From contig DEBC01000130.1 in the NCBI GenBank assembly GCA_002348365.1, positions 106,281 to 162,943 of the forward strand: a stretch of DNA of 56,663 nucleotides, in the 5' to 3' direction. This document shows positions 25,501 through 37,468 of the stretch, in pieces (the first letter of the stretch is position 1; each line of letters starts with the position of its first letter). Origin of the DNA: Alphaproteobacteria bacterium UBA2966. Its GTDB lineage: Bacteria; Pseudomonadota; Alphaproteobacteria; UBA2966. A model generated the notes under the pieces. The model had not been told where the DNA came from. It was given only the letters and a program-made list of their open reading frames with translations, and did not search any database. The position numbers were made by a program, and so were the translations under genes.

Positions 25501-26079
25501 ATGGATGAAATCACTGCGAAAGCGTCCCTCCGCGAGGTCGCGCGCAAGACACGCCGGCAAGCGGCGTTGCGGGCAGCGGCAAATGCGCCTGAACTTGCCG
25601 CCATACAGTTCATGGAGTCTATCAACGTCCCGCGGTCTTGCGTGGTTTCCGGATACTGGCCCATTCAAGATGAGTTGGATCCATTGCCGCTGATGGCGCG
25701 ACTACAGGAAAGTGGGTGCACATGCGCACTCCCTGTCGTGACCGGTCGGCAGAAGCCGCTCAAATTCCATTCGTGGAGCTCTGGGGATACCTTGGTGGAC
25801 GGTCCCTCCGGTACCAAAGAACCAGAGTCCAGTGCACCCGAGGTCGTTCCGGAGATACTGGTTGTGCCGTTGCTCGCATTTGATGCCCGTGGTTACAGGC
25901 TCGGTTACGGTGGCGGTTTCTACGATCGTACCCTTCGGACGTTGCGTCGGCAGACCCAACGTTGCAGGGCCATTGGCTTCGCCTTCGCCGATCAGAAGGT
26001 TCAAGAGGTCCCAGTTGGTGAAACCGATGAGCCGCTGGACTGGATTGTCAGCGAGACTTACGCAAGGGCATTTTCATGA
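25501..26079 (+). CDS. ygfA: 5-formyltetrahydrofolate cyclo-ligase
   Basis: SGYWPIQDELDP, ALPVV, VPLLAFDARGYRLGYGGGFYDRTL. Confidence 0.93.
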   Translation: MDEITAKASLREVARKTRRQAALRAAANAPELAAIQFMESINVPRSCVVSGYWPIQDELDPLPLMARLQESGCTCALPVVTGRQKPLKFHSWSSGDTLVDGPSGTKEPESSAPEVVPEILVVPLLAFDARGYRLGYGGGFYDRTLRTLRRQTQRCRAIGFAFADQKVQEVPVGETDEPLDWIVSETYARAFS

Positions 26080-26891
26080 AGCTTCTGTTTTTCGGTGACG
26101 TCGTTGGGCGGTCGGGGCGCGAGGTGGTGGTCTCGCACACGCCACAACTTCGGAAAGATCTAAACATCGATTTCGTGATCGCCAATGGTGAGAATGCGGC
26201 CGGGGGTTTTGGCATCACCAAGAAGATTTGCGGCGAGTTTTTCGATGCCGGTGTCGATGTCATCACGCTCGGCAATCACGCGTGGGACCAAAGAGAAGTC
26301 TTCACCTTTATCGACAATGAAGATCGTCTCTTGCGGCCTTGCAACTACCCCTCGGGGACACCCGGCCGTGGTGTCGGCATATATGAAGTATCGGGTGACC
26401 GGCGAGTCATGGTCATCCAAGTGATGGGGCGGGTGTTCATGGATCCATTGGATGACCCGTTCGCGCGAATCGAAGAAGAACTGGCCCCCGTCCAACTCGG
26501 ACGGGAAGTCGATGCCATCGTTGTCGACCTACATGGTGAAGCGACGAGCGAGAAAAATGCACTCGGCTACTTTGTCGATGGGCGGGCTTCGATGGCTGTC
26601 GGGACCCACTCCCACGTCCCGACTGCGGACGCACGTATTCTCCCGGGCGGAACGGCCTACCAAACCGACCTGGGAATGTGTGGGGACTATGATTCAATCA
26701 TCGGCATGGAGAAGGAAGAGCCGCTCAATAGATTTGTGAGGAAAATACCGGGCGGTCGGTTTACGCCTGCGCTGGGCAGCGCCACACTTTGCGGCGTGTT
26801 GGTGGAAACCGATGACGGCGGCGGATTTGCCACAGCGATCCAGCCGATCCGCATTGGCGGGCATCTCTCGCCCGCCTACCCGAATTCCTAG
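26076..26891 (+). CDS. ymdB: YmdB/TIGR00282 metallophosphoesterase
   Basis: FGDVVGRSGR, NGENAAGGFGIT, TLGNHAWD, DLHGEATSEK, GTHSHVPTAD. Confidence 0.92.
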   Translation: MKLLFFGDVVGRSGREVVVSHTPQLRKDLNIDFVIANGENAAGGFGITKKICGEFFDAGVDVITLGNHAWDQREVFTFIDNEDRLLRPCNYPSGTPGRGVGIYEVSGDRRVMVIQVMGRVFMDPLDDPFARIEEELAPVQLGREVDAIVVDLHGEATSEKNALGYFVDGRASMAVGTHSHVPTADARILPGGTAYQTDLGMCGDYDSIIGMEKEEPLNRFVRKIPGGRFTPALGSATLCGVLVETDDGGGFATAIQPIRIGGHLSPAYPNS

Positions 26892-27036
26892 GCACAGCGC
26901 TCTCTCATACCTGACGATCAGGTGGCGGCGGTCAAAAATCCGCCACAATGCTCGCTGATATTCGCGGTCATGGCTGATTTCAGTGCCGGCGGCCAGCGTC
27001 TTCCGTCGGCGCATTGCTGCTCCCAACCACAATATC

Positions 27037-27045
27037 TGGTATAAC
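27037..27045 (+). promoter_or_regulatory. Extended -10 element upstream of yebC
   Basis: TGGTATAAC about 37 nt upstream of the ATG. Confidence 0.4.
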
Positions 27046-27081
27046 GTCGCATCCCGTAGACAAGATACTGAAAACTGAGCG

Positions 27082-27831
27082 ATGGCTGGCCATTCACAAT
27101 TCAAGAACATCATGTATCGCAAGGGCGCCCAGGACGCCAAGCGGTCCAAACTGTTCTCGAAACTTGCTCGCGAAATTCAAGTCGCCGCACGCACCGGCAT
27201 ACCTGACCCGGAAATGAATGCACGGCTCAGGGCCGCGATCGCGGCGGCACGTGCAGCCAACATGCCCAAGGACAACATCGAGCGTGCCGTCAAGCGCGGG
27301 TCCGCTGATGAAGACGGCGCGAATTACGAGGAAGTTCGCTATGAAGGATACGGTCCGGCAGGAGTAGCCGTGATCGTTGAAGCCTTGACCGACAATCGCA
27401 ACCGCACGGCGGCCGAGGTCCGGTCAGCATTCACCAAATTCGGTGGTTCTCTTGGGGAGACCGGCAGTGTCTCGTTCATGTTCGAACGCGTCGGATCGAT
27501 CAACTACCTGCCCGAGGTTGCCTCAGAAGACGAGATGCTGGAGGCCGCAATCGAAGCCGGTGCCGGTGAATGTGAGACGACCGAGGATGGTCACGAGATC
27601 AATTGTGATCCGGATGAGCTGAATGAGGTGCGGGACGCTTTGGAACAGCAGTTTGGTGCGTCGCAGAACGCCGGTCTGACGTGGAAGCCCCAAAACACAA
27701 TTCCCGTCGACGAGCAGCAAGCAAATTCGTTGATCAAGCTCCTCGAGTTGCTTGAAGACAGTGACGATGTTCAGCGGGTCTCTGCCAATTTTGACATCCC
27801 CAAGGATGTCCTCGACCAACTGGGTGCGTGA
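27082..27831 (+). CDS. yebC: YebC/PmpR family protein
   Basis: [38 protein letters not shown]. Confidence 0.96.
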   Translation: MAGHSQFKNIMYRKGAQDAKRSKLFSKLAREIQVAARTGIPDPEMNARLRAAIAAARAANMPKDNIERAVKRGSADEDGANYEEVRYEGYGPAGVAVIVEALTDNRNRTAAEVRSAFTKFGGSLGETGSVSFMFERVGSINYLPEVASEDEMLEAAIEAGAGECETTEDGHEINCDPDELNEVRDALEQQFGASQNAGLTWKPQNTIPVDEQQANSLIKLLELLEDSDDVQRVSANFDIPKDVLDQLGA

Positions 27832-27861
27832 ATTGGATCGAATTTCCATCGGGACGGGCGG

Positions 27862-28425
27862 ATGAGAATCGTTGGCATCGATCCAGGTTTGCGCTGGACG
27901 GGATGGGGGGTGATCGACGTCGACGGCAACCGATTGCAGCATGTCGCCAACGGTGCTGTGGCTTCAGCGGCAGATGACGAGTTTGCCCAGCGCCTGCGCC
28001 AGTTGTTCGACGGCATTGCCGAAATTCTTGAGCGGTATCGGCCTGCGGAAGCAGCGGTGGAAGAGACCTTCGTGAACAGAAATCCCGTGTCCACGCTAAA
28101 GCTTGGTCAGGCCCGCGGGGTGGTGTTGTTGGCACCGGCGTTGAAGGGTCTGACCGTGGCCGAATATCCAGCGAACCTGGTGAAAAAATCGGTGGTCGGA
28201 GCAGGGCACGCTGCGAAACAGCAAATTCACCTGATGGTGAGAACGCTGTTGGGTGGGAGCGATGTCGACAGTAGCGATGCAGCTGATGCACTCGCTGTGG
28301 CGATCTGCCATGCCCATCATCGCTCGACACGGCAACAATGGGGGCCTGCGCACGACCGGAAACCTCGTCGCAACCGCGCCAAAACTCGGTCTGCATCGGT
28401 CGTATCAGGAGGCTCTTTGCCATGA
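27862..28425 (+). CDS. ruvC: Holliday junction resolvase RuvC
   Basis: [50 protein letters not shown]. Confidence 0.96.
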   Translation: MRIVGIDPGLRWTGWGVIDVDGNRLQHVANGAVASAADDEFAQRLRQLFDGIAEILERYRPAEAAVEETFVNRNPVSTLKLGQARGVVLLAPALKGLTVAEYPANLVKKSVVGAGHAAKQQIHLMVRTLLGGSDVDSSDAADALAVAICHAHHRSTRQQWGPAHDRKPRRNRAKTRSASVVSGGSLP

Positions 28426-29033
28426 TTGCTTGGCTGCACGGCGTTCTCCGCTCAACTGATGAGGATCATGTTGTTCTGGATGTCGCTGGCGTTGGCTATC
28501 TGGTGTTTTGCTCAGGCCGGACCATGAATGCCATGCCGCGGATCGGCGATCCCGTGACATTGGAAATCGAGACTCATGTCCGCGAAGACCATATTCATCT
28601 CTATGGCTTCACGGAGGCGAGCGAGCGTGACTGGTTCCGACTCCTCCAAACGGTTCAGGGGATCGGTGCACGAGTGGCTCTGGGAATGCTTTCTGTCCTG
28701 TCTCCGGCGGACCTCTTTCGGTCCATTGCGGCGCAGGACCACACCCCCCTCACGCAAGCACCGGGCGTCGGACCGAAACTCGCACGCCGCGTGGTTGCGG
28801 AACTGAAGGACAAGGTTCCGCAATTGACGGTCGCCGCAGGCGTGGAAGACGCCATTTTGGTTCCTAACAGTGAAACGGGATCGGATGCCGGTGACGCGGT
28901 GTCAGCGTTGGTCAATCTTGGATATGGACGTGCGGAAGCCTTCGGTGCGGTTGCCAATGTCGCGTCGGCCTTGGGCAAGGATGCGTCACTCGAGATCCTC
29001 ATTAAGGAAGGTCTCAAGGAGCTCGGTCGATGA
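28422..29033 (+). CDS. ruvA: Holliday junction branch migration protein RuvA
   Basis: [51 protein letters not shown] overlap with ruvC. Confidence 0.96.
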   Translation: MIAWLHGVLRSTDEDHVVLDVAGVGYLVFCSGRTMNAMPRIGDPVTLEIETHVREDHIHLYGFTEASERDWFRLLQTVQGIGARVALGMLSVLSPADLFRSIAAQDHTPLTQAPGVGPKLARRVVAELKDKVPQLTVAAGVEDAILVPNSETGSDAGDAVSALVNLGYGRAEAFGAVANVASALGKDASLEILIKEGLKELGR

Positions 29034-30079
29034 CCGATGAACGTGTCATCACTGCGGACTTTGGTTCCGAGGACGCCGTCGAGACGAGCCTGAGGCCCAA
29101 GGTTCTCGAGGAATTTATCGGCCAGAAATCCCTGCGAGAGAATCTTCGCGTGTTCATTGACGCCGCACGGAGCCGAAGTGAAGCGCTGGATCACGTCCTT
29201 TTTGTCGGCCCACCCGGACTGGGGAAGACCACGTTGGCTCAGATCATCGCGAGAGAGCTTGGTGTCGGTTTTCGAGCGACCTCAGGCCCGGTGGTCGCAC
29301 GTGCCGGTGACCTGGCTGCCATTCTCACAAACCTTGAGCCTCGAGACGTCTTGTTCATTGACGAGATTCACCGGCTCAGTCCGTCTGTTGAGGAAATCCT
29401 TTATCCAGCCATGGAAGATTTTCATCTCGATCTCATTATCGGAGAAGGGCCCGCAGCGCGATCCGTCCGAATCGACATGCCTCCGTTTACGTTGATTGGC
29501 GCCACCACGCGATCCGGGCTGCTAACGACGCCTCTCCGGGATCGTTTCGGAATTCACTCCCGCCTCGGTTTCTATACGCTCGAAGAATTGCAGGAGATCG
29601 TCGAGCGTGGCGCACGCGTTCTTGACGTGTCAGTGACTGCGCAAGGAGCGTCCGAGATCGCGAAGCGCTCTCGAGGCACCCCGCGCGTCGCCGGAAGACT
29701 GCTGCGTCGAGTGAGGGATTTTGCCACTGTGGAGGGAATAGATTCTATCGACGAGGTGGCGGCGGATGGAGCTCTCGGCCGGCTCGATGTCGACTCGAAA
29801 GGCTTGGACGCACTCGACCGAAGATATCTTTCGCTCATCGCCGATCATTTCGGCGGCGGACCCGTTGGTGCCGATACACTGGCCGCTGCATTGGGGGAAC
29901 CGCGTGACACCATTGAAGAGATCATCGAACCGTTCTTGATTCAGCAAGGCCTGGCACAGAGAACATCGCGCGGCCGCATGCTGACCGCGTCCGGGTTTGA
30001 GCATATGGGTTTACCGGCTCCTCAGCAGTTTTCCGCGCAGCTGGAACTCGTGGCGGAAGAAGAGCCAGGCCATGACTGA
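29030..30079 (+). CDS. ruvB: Holliday junction helicase RuvB
   Basis: [48 protein letters not shown]. Confidence 0.97.
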   Translation: MTDERVITADFGSEDAVETSLRPKVLEEFIGQKSLRENLRVFIDAARSRSEALDHVLFVGPPGLGKTTLAQIIARELGVGFRATSGPVVARAGDLAAILTNLEPRDVLFIDEIHRLSPSVEEILYPAMEDFHLDLIIGEGPAARSVRIDMPPFTLIGATTRSGLLTTPLRDRFGIHSRLGFYTLEELQEIVERGARVLDVSVTAQGASEIAKRSRGTPRVAGRLLRRVRDFATVEGIDSIDEVAADGALGRLDVDSKGLDALDRRYLSLIADHFGGGPVGADTLAAALGEPRDTIEEIIEPFLIQQGLAQRTSRGRMLTASGFEHMGLPAPQQFSAQLELVAEEEPGHD

Positions 30080-30551
30080 GAACAGTCCAACCAGTGGGTG
30101 GTTTCAAGGCGCCGTTCACGTCCTTCCTCTCAGGGTTTATTGGGAGGACACGGATGGGACCGGCGTTGTCTACTATGCCAACTATCTCAGATATGCGGAG
30201 CGCGCTCGTACAGACATGCTCCGGCTTGCTGGTATCGAGCAAGGGGCCCTCCTGGCAGACGGTAGCCTCATGTTTGCGGTGCGGCACTGTGAGGTGGACT
30301 ATTTTTCTCCCGCCCGTCTCGATGATGAACTCGAGGTGCACACGCGGCTCACCCAGGTTCGTGGCGCGTCACTTCATGCAGAGCAGATTGTTCGGCGCGA
30401 CGGTGCTGATCTGGTCCGAGCCTGCGTAAAGGTTGCTTGCCTGGACCCCGCGGGAAGGCCGATGCGCCTGCCAGCCTCTCTGAAAGATTCGCTCGCCGCG
30501 TTGCCGCGGCCGGAGCAAATTCCAACCAATTCGGGAAACGCGACGAAGTAA
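30072..30551 (+). CDS. ybgC: Tol-Pal-associated acyl-CoA thioesterase
   Basis: [26 protein letters not shown] and PARLDD. Located before tolQ. Confidence 0.93.
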   Translation: MTENSPTSGWFQGAVHVLPLRVYWEDTDGTGVVYYANYLRYAERARTDMLRLAGIEQGALLADGSLMFAVRHCEVDYFSPARLDDELEVHTRLTQVRGASLHAEQIVRRDGADLVRACVKVACLDPAGRPMRLPASLKDSLAALPRPEQIPTNSGNATK

Positions 30552-30553
30552 AC

Positions 30554-31294
30554 ATGGAAAATCAAGTTGTAGATGCGGCAATCCTGGCGGGATCCGTGGG
30601 TGCCGCTGATCTCTCGTTGATCGGGCTGTTCTTTCGGGCGGACGCCGTCGTCAAGGCGGTGCTTCTATTGCTCATCCTCGCCTCATTTTGGTGTTGGGCG
30701 ATCATCGTCGAAAAGATCCTGAGGCTGCGCCGGTTGATCGTTCAGGCAGACGATTTTGAGGAGTCGTTCTGGTCCGGAGGATCGCTCGAAGACCTCTACG
30801 ACCGAATGGGCGCCCGCCCCGACCATCCCATGGCGTTCTTGTTTGCGGCAGCCATGCGGGAATGGCGCCGCAGCATGGCGGGCAGTGCCGGCAGTGAGCA
30901 AACCCTGCATGCCGGCCTCCAGGAGCGGATCGGCCAGGTCATGCAGCTGACGATGAACAGGGAAGTCGAGAACCTCGAACGATACCTTGGCTTCCTGGCC
31001 ACCGTGGGGAGCACCGCACCATTTATCGGCTTGTTCGGCACGGTCTGGGGGATCATGAACAGCTTTCAGGCAATCGCGTTGACAAAGAACACCAGTTTGG
31101 CAGTCGTGGCGCCGGGGATCGCGGAGGCTCTTTTCGCGACTGCCCTTGGACTGGTCGCGGCGATACCCGCCGTCGTCGCCTACAACAAATTCTCCACCGA
31201 TATCGTGCGCTATGCCAACCGCCTGGAGAGCTTCGCCGGGGAGTTTTCGGCCATTCTTTCCCGCCAACTCGAAGAGCGGAGCCAGGACAGCTAA
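30554..31294 (+). CDS. tolQ: TolQ
   Basis: FEESFWSGGSL, LATVGSTAPFIGLFGTVWGIM, VAPGIAEALFATA. Confidence 0.96.
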   Translation: MENQVVDAAILAGSVGAADLSLIGLFFRADAVVKAVLLLLILASFWCWAIIVEKILRLRRLIVQADDFEESFWSGGSLEDLYDRMGARPDHPMAFLFAAAMREWRRSMAGSAGSEQTLHAGLQERIGQVMQLTMNREVENLERYLGFLATVGSTAPFIGLFGTVWGIMNSFQAIALTKNTSLAVVAPGIAEALFATALGLVAAIPAVVAYNKFSTDIVRYANRLESFAGEFSAILSRQLEERSQDS

Positions 31295-31752
31295 TGGCGG
31301 TCGTCATTCAAAACCGACGCGGGCCGAGGCTCCGGGCTGGCCGGGATTTCAAGATCATGAGCGAGATCAACGTCACGCCATTTGTGGACGTGATGCTGGT
31401 GTTGCTTGTCGTCTTCATGGTGACGGCTCCCTTATTGACGGTTGGGGTCCAGATTGATCTGCCCAAAACCAAGGCGGGCGTCGTCCAGGGGCAGGATGAG
31501 CCCCTGGCCGTCAGCATCGATGGTCAAGGCCGGCTGTTTCTCCAGGAGACGGAAATCGACCTGGAAAACCTCGTGCCGAGATTGATCGCAATTTCGGGAA
31601 ACAAGCCGGACATCCGCATATTCGTGAGAGGCGATCAAAGCATTTCTTACGGCAGGGTCATGGAGGTGATGGGGACCATAAATCAGGCAGGGTTCTCGCG
31701 AGTTGCGCTCATCACCGCGACGTTCGACGCCAAGGGAGCGCGGAAGCGGTAA
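31294..31752 (+). CDS. tolR: TolR
   Basis: MSEINVTPFVDVMLVLL, VRGD..YGRVMEVM. Confidence 0.95.
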   Translation: MAVVIQNRRGPRLRAGRDFKIMSEINVTPFVDVMLVLLVVFMVTAPLLTVGVQIDLPKTKAGVVQGQDEPLAVSIDGQGRLFLQETEIDLENLVPRLIAISGNKPDIRIFVRGDQSISYGRVMEVMGTINQAGFSRVALITATFDAKGARKR

Positions 31753-31758
31753 CCGGCC

Positions 31759-32619
31759 GTGCGCAGTGGAATTGCCATATCCGCCGTCATTCACATGACC
31801 GCGTTGTGGGTCAGTTTCGTGGGTGTGCCCGAGTGGCTGCGCTCCGAAACCGAAATCATCGAGCAGCCCGTTATCGTTGAATTGGTGACCATCGCGGAGG
31901 AAACGCGGGCTGCAAGGCCGAAATCAGAACCGGAGAAAGCGGACAAACCGCCTCCCAGTCCCCGGCAAAAACCGGAGCCGCCGCCCTTGGCAGAGGCGCC
32001 GCCACCCGTTCCGGCAGAACCGGAACAGGAGGTAGCCGTCATCGTTCCGGACATCAAGACGGCACCCGAACCGAAGAAGAAACCGGTCACGAAACCAAAG
32101 CGGAAACCGAAGCCATCAAAAAGAGTCGTCAAGCGGCCTGTCGAGGCGGCGAAAGAGACCAAGGAAAAGAAGTATAAGTTCGACCCAGATCAAATCGCTG
32201 CGCTGATTGACAAAACGCCGCGCAAGGAGGCACCGCGGGAATCCGTCGAGGCGCTACAAGTGCGGCCGAAAATTACCTCGCGAACAGCGCAACCGCTCGA
32301 TGGGCAACCGTTGACATTGTCGGAAGTAGATGCTCTCAGAGCCCAGATTGAACGTTGCTGGATCGTCCAGGCTGGTGCGCGATATGCCGAGGACCTCGTT
32401 GTGACCATTCGGGTATATCTCAACCCGGACGGTTCATTGCGACGGGAACCACAGATCGTTGACGAGGACCGGCTGGCAGCGGATCCCTTCTTCCGTGCAG
32501 CAGCGGAGAGCGCGATTCGAGCTGTGTTGAAATGCGAGCCATTCAAAATGCCGGTTGCGAAGTATCATCGTTGGCGAGAAATCGAATTGACATTCGATCC
32601 CAGAAAAATGCTCGGTTGA
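31759..32619 (+). CDS. tolA: TolA
   Basis: N-terminal TM with S-xxx-H motif (SAVIH), a Pro/Lys-rich linker and a C-terminal domain [18 protein letters not shown]. Lies between tolR and tolB. Confidence 0.88.
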   Translation: MRSGIAISAVIHMTALWVSFVGVPEWLRSETEIIEQPVIVELVTIAEETRAARPKSEPEKADKPPPSPRQKPEPPPLAEAPPPVPAEPEQEVAVIVPDIKTAPEPKKKPVTKPKRKPKPSKRVVKRPVEAAKETKEKKYKFDPDQIAALIDKTPRKEAPRESVEALQVRPKITSRTAQPLDGQPLTLSEVDALRAQIERCWIVQAGARYAEDLVVTIRVYLNPDGSLRREPQIVDEDRLAADPFFRAAAESAIRAVLKCEPFKMPVAKYHRWREIELTFDPRKMLG

Positions 32620-32624
32620 TCGGT

Positions 32625-33983
32625 ATGGGCATCCGAGGATTATTCAAGTATTCGACCGTCGTGGTGATGGCGCTGGCAGCGTACAGTGCCGCAACGCCGG
32701 CGCTCGCCGTCCTCAAGATCGACATCACGCAAGGCGTGGTGGACCCGCTTCCCATTGCGATCAGCGAGTTCCACGCGGAAAACGAAGGCGCACGCGAGTC
32801 GGCACGTGCTATCGCGGATGTCGTCACCCGAAATCTTGAGCGGTCCGGCCTGTTCAGGCCGATCGACCGGCGGGCCTTCATCCAGACGCCGGCTGCCATG
32901 CGAGTCCAGCCCCGATTCCCGGATTGGCGGGCGATCAACGCGCAGGCCCTCGTGACAGGAACGACGACCATGTTGGAGGACGGTCGTCTGCGGGTCGAAT
33001 TCAGGTTGTGGGATGTGTTCGCGAGTCAACAGATGACAGGCTTGGCGTATTTCACCGCACCTCCAAACTGGCGTCGAATCGCGCACTTGATCAGCGACGC
33101 CATTTATCAGCGATTGACGGGAGAGGCCGGCTATTTCGACACACGGATCGTCTATGTCGCGGAAACCGGACCCCAGACCCAACGTATCAAGCGATTGGCC
33201 ATCATGGATCAGGATGGCGCGCACAACCGCTACCTGACAGATGGTGGCCATCTGGTTTTGACACCAAGATTCTCCCCGACCTCCCAGGAAATTACCTATT
33301 TGTCTTACCTCCAGGGCACGCCGCGGGTGTTCATCTACAACATCGATACCGGCCAGCAGGAAGTATTGGGTGATTTTCCCGGCATGACCTTCGCGCCTCG
33401 GTTTTCACCCGACGGCAACAAGGTGATCATGAGTTTTATCCGGGGTGACAATTCAGACATCTACACGATGGATCTCCGCACCCGAAGGATCGCTCGGTTG
33501 ACCCGGCATTCATCGATTGACACGTCACCTTCATACGCACCGGATGGCTCTCGGATCACCTTCAACTCGGACCGAGGCGGAAGCCAGCAGCTTTATGTGA
33601 TGGATGCTGACGGCGGCAACGTTCACCGCATCAGCTTCGGCCGCGGTCGATACGCGACGCCAGTCTGGTCGCCGCGTGGTGATCTCATTGCCTTCACAAA
33701 GTTTACCCAGGGAAGGTTCTTTATCGGCGTGATGCGGCCAGACGGAAGCGGCGAGCGGCTTCTGACCGAAAGCTTTCTCGATGAGGGTCCCACGTGGGCT
33801 CCGAATGGGCGCGTGTTGATGTTTTTCCGCCAGCGCCGGACACGAGAAGACGGGTCGGGCGGCGAAACGACACTCTTTTCGGTCGATTTAACAGGTCATA
33901 ACGAGCGGCAGATCGTCACACCGACTCAGGCTTCCGACCCTGCTTGGTCGCCGTTGAGTTCGCCGCCCCCCTTGATTCGGTAA
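32625..33983 (+). CDS. tolB: Tol-Pal beta-propeller protein TolB
   Basis: Signal peptide, [24 protein letters not shown], repeated PRFSP/PVWSP/PTWAP blades. Confidence 0.96.
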   Translation: MGIRGLFKYSTVVVMALAAYSAATPALAVLKIDITQGVVDPLPIAISEFHAENEGARESARAIADVVTRNLERSGLFRPIDRRAFIQTPAAMRVQPRFPDWRAINAQALVTGTTTMLEDGRLRVEFRLWDVFASQQMTGLAYFTAPPNWRRIAHLISDAIYQRLTGEAGYFDTRIVYVAETGPQTQRIKRLAIMDQDGAHNRYLTDGGHLVLTPRFSPTSQEITYLSYLQGTPRVFIYNIDTGQQEVLGDFPGMTFAPRFSPDGNKVIMSFIRGDNSDIYTMDLRTRRIARLTRHSSIDTSPSYAPDGSRITFNSDRGGSQQLYVMDADGGNVHRISFGRGRYATPVWSPRGDLIAFTKFTQGRFFIGVMRPDGSGERLLTESFLDEGPTWAPNGRVLMFFRQRRTREDGSGGETTLFSVDLTGHNERQIVTPTQASDPAWSPLSSPPPLIR

Positions 33984-34157
33984 AAGTGCGCGATTATATT
34001 CGCCGCTGGAGCCATAAGAATTCCAGGGATTTACAGAATACTGGAATCTTTAAGAGGGGGCCAAGTGCGGTTGCCGTAAATGATTGTACGGAGACCGTGA
34101 ATTTCTTATGTCTACTATGGTCTCCGCGCGTCGGGGTACATCGTAAAGGAGTTTTCG

Positions 34158-34703
34158 ATGCGTCTTAAGGCATTAACGGCAGTTGCCGCACTCTTGCTCA
34201 TTTCGGCCTGCGCAACGGCACCAGAAGAAAGTGGCGACGCTTCTGGTTCGGGTGGGGCGGCGACGTCGTCCAGCTCACAAACAACTCAAACTGCTCGGGC
34301 CAGCACCGGGACGACGCAAGAGACGATGAAGTCCGATGCGCCCGAACCAGGTTCTTATGCTGAGCTTGTGGCAAATGTCGGCGATCGCGTATTCTTCGAT
34401 TTTGACAAGTTCGACCTGAAGGCTCAGGCTCGGGAAACGCTTGACAGGCAGGCAGCCTGGTTGAAGCAGTACCCCAGCGTCACCGTGAGGGTTGAAGGTC
34501 ATTGCGACGAGCGGGGCACGCGGGAATACAATCTCGCTCTAGGCCAGCGTCGCGCAGCCGCGGTACGCGATTATCTGGTTGCTCTCGGAATTTCGGCGTC
34601 CCGGGTGGATGTCATCAGCTACGGCAAGGAACGGCCGGAAGTCGTGGGATCGAACAAGGCCGCCTGGGCCCAGAACCGGCGTGGTGTGACGACGATCAAT
34701 TAG
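34158..34703 (+). CDS. pal: Peptidoglycan-associated lipoprotein Pal
   Basis: Lipobox ISAC, DRVFFDFD, EGHCDERGTREYNLALGQRRA, SYGKERP, NRR. Confidence 0.97.
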   Translation: MRLKALTAVAALLLISACATAPEESGDASGSGGAATSSSSQTTQTARASTGTTQETMKSDAPEPGSYAELVANVGDRVFFDFDKFDLKAQARETLDRQAAWLKQYPSVTVRVEGHCDERGTREYNLALGQRRAAAVRDYLVALGISASRVDVISYGKERPEVVGSNKAAWAQNRRGVTTIN

Positions 34704-34728
34704 TTTCAGATACCTTACAAAAATTTGC

Positions 34729-34772
34729 AAAGCCGCCCGCGGGAAAGTCCGCCGGGCGGCTTTCTTATTCTT
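34729..34772 (+). terminator. Rho-independent terminator after pal
   Basis: Stem AAAGCCGCCC / GGGCGGCTTT followed by a T-rich tract. Confidence 0.75.
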
Positions 34773-34917
34773 TCGGGTCTGACGCGGAATGGATCACACG
34801 AACTGCGGTTGTACAGATCGACTTAATTTGGACAGAATCGAATGTTCCTATGGTCTGGGGCGCCAACAGACGAACGATTCTTTTGCCGCCGGTTGATATG
34901 GATTGAGCTGAGCCGCA

Positions 34918-35952
34918 ATGAACTTTTCTGTTTCTGATAGAGCCTTCGCAAGATCACGACTGGCCGTCTGCGTCTTGGCCTGCATGCTTTTACCCGTTGC
35001 GGCCATGGCGCAAAGCCGTGACACATCCGCATTGGTTGATGCAGTGGAGCGGCTTCGCCAGGACCTGGCAGACCTTCAGCGTTACGTTTATCGCGGGGAA
35101 GCCCCTCCGGCGCCCACGCCTCTCACGACACGACCTACAAGCGTTGGGAGTGAAGAACGTCGGGCAGTGGACACGCTCGTGCGAGTGAGCGCAATGGAAG
35201 GCGAACTTCGTGACCTGACGGGCGCCATAGAAGAGATCAGGCACCGGGTGGATACTGCGGGACGCCGTCTCGACAAATTGGTTGAAGACGTTGACTTTCG
35301 ATTGGCCGCGATCGAGCGCTCGCTGTCAGAGATGATGGAGATGGCGAGCAGGCAGACGGCGAGTCCGCCACCTGAAGCCGGTGCGCCAGCCGCGGATTCG
35401 AATATCCCTGTAACGGCATCTGAGATTCCCGGCAGGTCCGATGAACCGGGTGTGCTGGGAACCATTCCAGTGGGCAAGGTGCCGCAAGGTGGCGCGCCGA
35501 TCCAGACTGCGGCTGTCGAACCGCAGGAACCGAAGTCCCTGCTGCCGGAGGGAACACCCAAGGAACGATATGACTACGCCCTTGGGTTGCTGCGCGAGGG
35601 ATTGCTCCGTCCACAGCAACTCGCGCACGCCGAACAGGCATTTGAGGAATTCTTGACGTCACATGCCGACCACAACCTGGCACAGAACGCGCGATACTGG
35701 TTGGGCGAATCATTCTACGTCCGAGAGGATTACAATCAGGCGGCGTCCGTATTTGTCGAGGGCTATCAGTCGTCACCCGGCGGTGCCAAGGCTCCTGACA
35801 ACCTGCTCAAGCTTGGCATGTCATTGTCCCGGCTCAGTCGTGGAGACGAGGCGTGCGCAACATTCCAGGAGCTCAACGAAAAGTTCCCCGAAATGTCAGG
35901 CAGTATTAAGGCTCGAGCGCAGAAGGAGTGGCAAAAGGCGGGTTGCGAGTAG
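34918..35952 (+). CDS. cpoB: Cell division coordinator CpoB (YbgF)
   Basis: Signal peptide, coiled coil, TPR region NARYWLGESFY and KAPDNLLKLGMSL..EACATF. Follows pal. Confidence 0.92.
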   Translation: MNFSVSDRAFARSRLAVCVLACMLLPVAAMAQSRDTSALVDAVERLRQDLADLQRYVYRGEAPPAPTPLTTRPTSVGSEERRAVDTLVRVSAMEGELRDLTGAIEEIRHRVDTAGRRLDKLVEDVDFRLAAIERSLSEMMEMASRQTASPPPEAGAPAADSNIPVTASEIPGRSDEPGVLGTIPVGKVPQGGAPIQTAAVEPQEPKSLLPEGTPKERYDYALGLLREGLLRPQQLAHAEQAFEEFLTSHADHNLAQNARYWLGESFYVREDYNQAASVFVEGYQSSPGGAKAPDNLLKLGMSLSRLSRGDEACATFQELNEKFPEMSGSIKARAQKEWQKAGCE

Positions 35953-35968
35953 ATTGGTCGCGATTGCC

Positions 35969-37336
35969 ATGACACGGCTCGATGATACACCTCTCAATGC
36001 GCGGGAGTTTGAGCAGCTAGTGACCTTGGCGGGCGCAGTGAAATTTCCACTGCGTGTCGCAGTGGCGACCTCTGGTGGCGCGGACAGCATGGCGTTGTGC
36101 CTGCTGACTCATCGATGGGTCGAGAACCACGGCGGCAAATGCTATGGGCTCATCGTTGACCATGGTCTGCGACCTGGTTCAGACGAGGAGGCCACCCTGG
36201 TTGCCGATTGGTTGGCTTTCTGTGGGATCGAAGCACACATCCTGGACTGGAAGGGTCCAAAACCAACACGCGGCGTTCAGGCGGCAGCCCGGGAAGCGCG
36301 TTATGCGCTCATCCAATCGTGGTGCGTCGAACACGATGTGAGCGATGTGCTGCTGGCCCACCATCGCGATGATCAGGCCGAGACATTCCTCATGCGTCTG
36401 GGACGAAAGAGCGGTGTCGACGGGCTTGCGGCCATGGCGGCTGTTTCGCAACGGGACAGTATTCGGCTGGTACGGCCATTCCTTCAGGTCCCCAAGGCAC
36501 GGCTGATCTCGACATTGAAGCACCTGGGCCAACCTTGGATTGAAGACCCAGCGAATCATGATCCTGCATATGTGAGGTCGAAACTTCGGGAAGCCATGCC
36601 GTCGCTTGCCGATATCGGTATCAACGCCGAGGGACTCGCTTTGACGACCCGCCGCATGGCGCGCGCGAGAGCGGCCCTCGACCACTATGCGACTGAGTTG
36701 ATCCACTCTGCCGTGGAATGTCATGCGTCCGGATATTGCTGGATTGATCGCGACTCCCTCGTATCCGCCCCTGAAGAGATCGGTTTGCGGGCGTTGTCCC
36801 GTGTCATCGGCGCGGTCGGAGCGGGCACGACCGCTCCACGCTACGAACGTGTGGAGCGACTGTTCGGGGATATCAGACAAAATCGATCTGGAAAGGGACG
36901 GACTCTGGCGGGCTGCCGAATTATCGAGAAGGGCGTACGTATACTGGTATGCCGAGAGGTTCGGGGGATTGGTGACCGGGTGACACTCAAGCCCGGTGAG
37001 AACCGCCGGTGGGACGAACGGTTTGACGTGAGCCTGCGGGGCCCGTTCACCGGTCAATCAACTGAGGTCTGTGAAGTTCGGCGTTTGGGCGCAGAGGGGT
37101 GGCGGACAGTTGCCGCCCAGCTCGAAAAACCTTTGAACACTGAAGACGAAATCGTGCCTGCAGCGGTCCGGGCAACGTTGCCGGCCTTGTGGGATCAGGC
37201 GGGGCCGGTCGGTGTGCCACACCTTAATTTTCGCCGAGACGGCACTAAATTGGAGCTTGATGTGCGCTTCACGCCACGTTGGCCGCTGGAATTTACGCCG
37301 TTTTCAGTTGTCTCAGTAGATACTCCCCCTATTTAA
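35969..37336 (+). CDS. tilS: tRNA(Ile)-lysidine synthetase
   Basis: SGGADSMAL, VDHGLR, AREARY, AHHRDDQAETFLMRL, WIEDPAN. Start at ATG 35969 is inferred. Confidence 0.93.
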   Translation: MTRLDDTPLNAREFEQLVTLAGAVKFPLRVAVATSGGADSMALCLLTHRWVENHGGKCYGLIVDHGLRPGSDEEATLVADWLAFCGIEAHILDWKGPKPTRGVQAAAREARYALIQSWCVEHDVSDVLLAHHRDDQAETFLMRLGRKSGVDGLAAMAAVSQRDSIRLVRPFLQVPKARLISTLKHLGQPWIEDPANHDPAYVRSKLREAMPSLADIGINAEGLALTTRRMARARAALDHYATELIHSAVECHASGYCWIDRDSLVSAPEEIGLRALSRVIGAVGAGTTAPRYERVERLFGDIRQNRSGKGRTLAGCRIIEKGVRILVCREVRGIGDRVTLKPGENRRWDERFDVSLRGPFTGQSTEVCEVRRLGAEGWRTVAAQLEKPLNTEDEIVPAAVRATLPALWDQAGPVGVPHLNFRRDGTKLELDVRFTPRWPLEFTPFSVVSVDTPPI

Positions 37337-37468
37337 TAGAGAGAAATCAGGGAGATTGGGCCAGAATGGCGTTAATGCCGGTAGGCCAGTCTGTTGTGGG
37401 ACCGTGTCCGCGTTTTGATAGGATTGCTGTCGCAGGGCTCGAATTCAGCCCTTGAGCGAGGAAATTGG

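Noticed and set aside
25248-25668. 138-150 aa minus-strand ORFs and a 70-aa plus-strand ORF between zapA and ygfA
   Set aside because: The region is explained by 6S RNA and the start of ygfA.
27832-27861. LexA (GTTC-N7-GTTC) box upstream of ruvCAB
   Set aside because: No matching direct repeat was found in the short intergenic region.
35663-35968. Long N-terminal extension of TilS overlapping cpoB
   Set aside because: It is an open frame inside cpoB. TilS similarity begins after ATG 35969.
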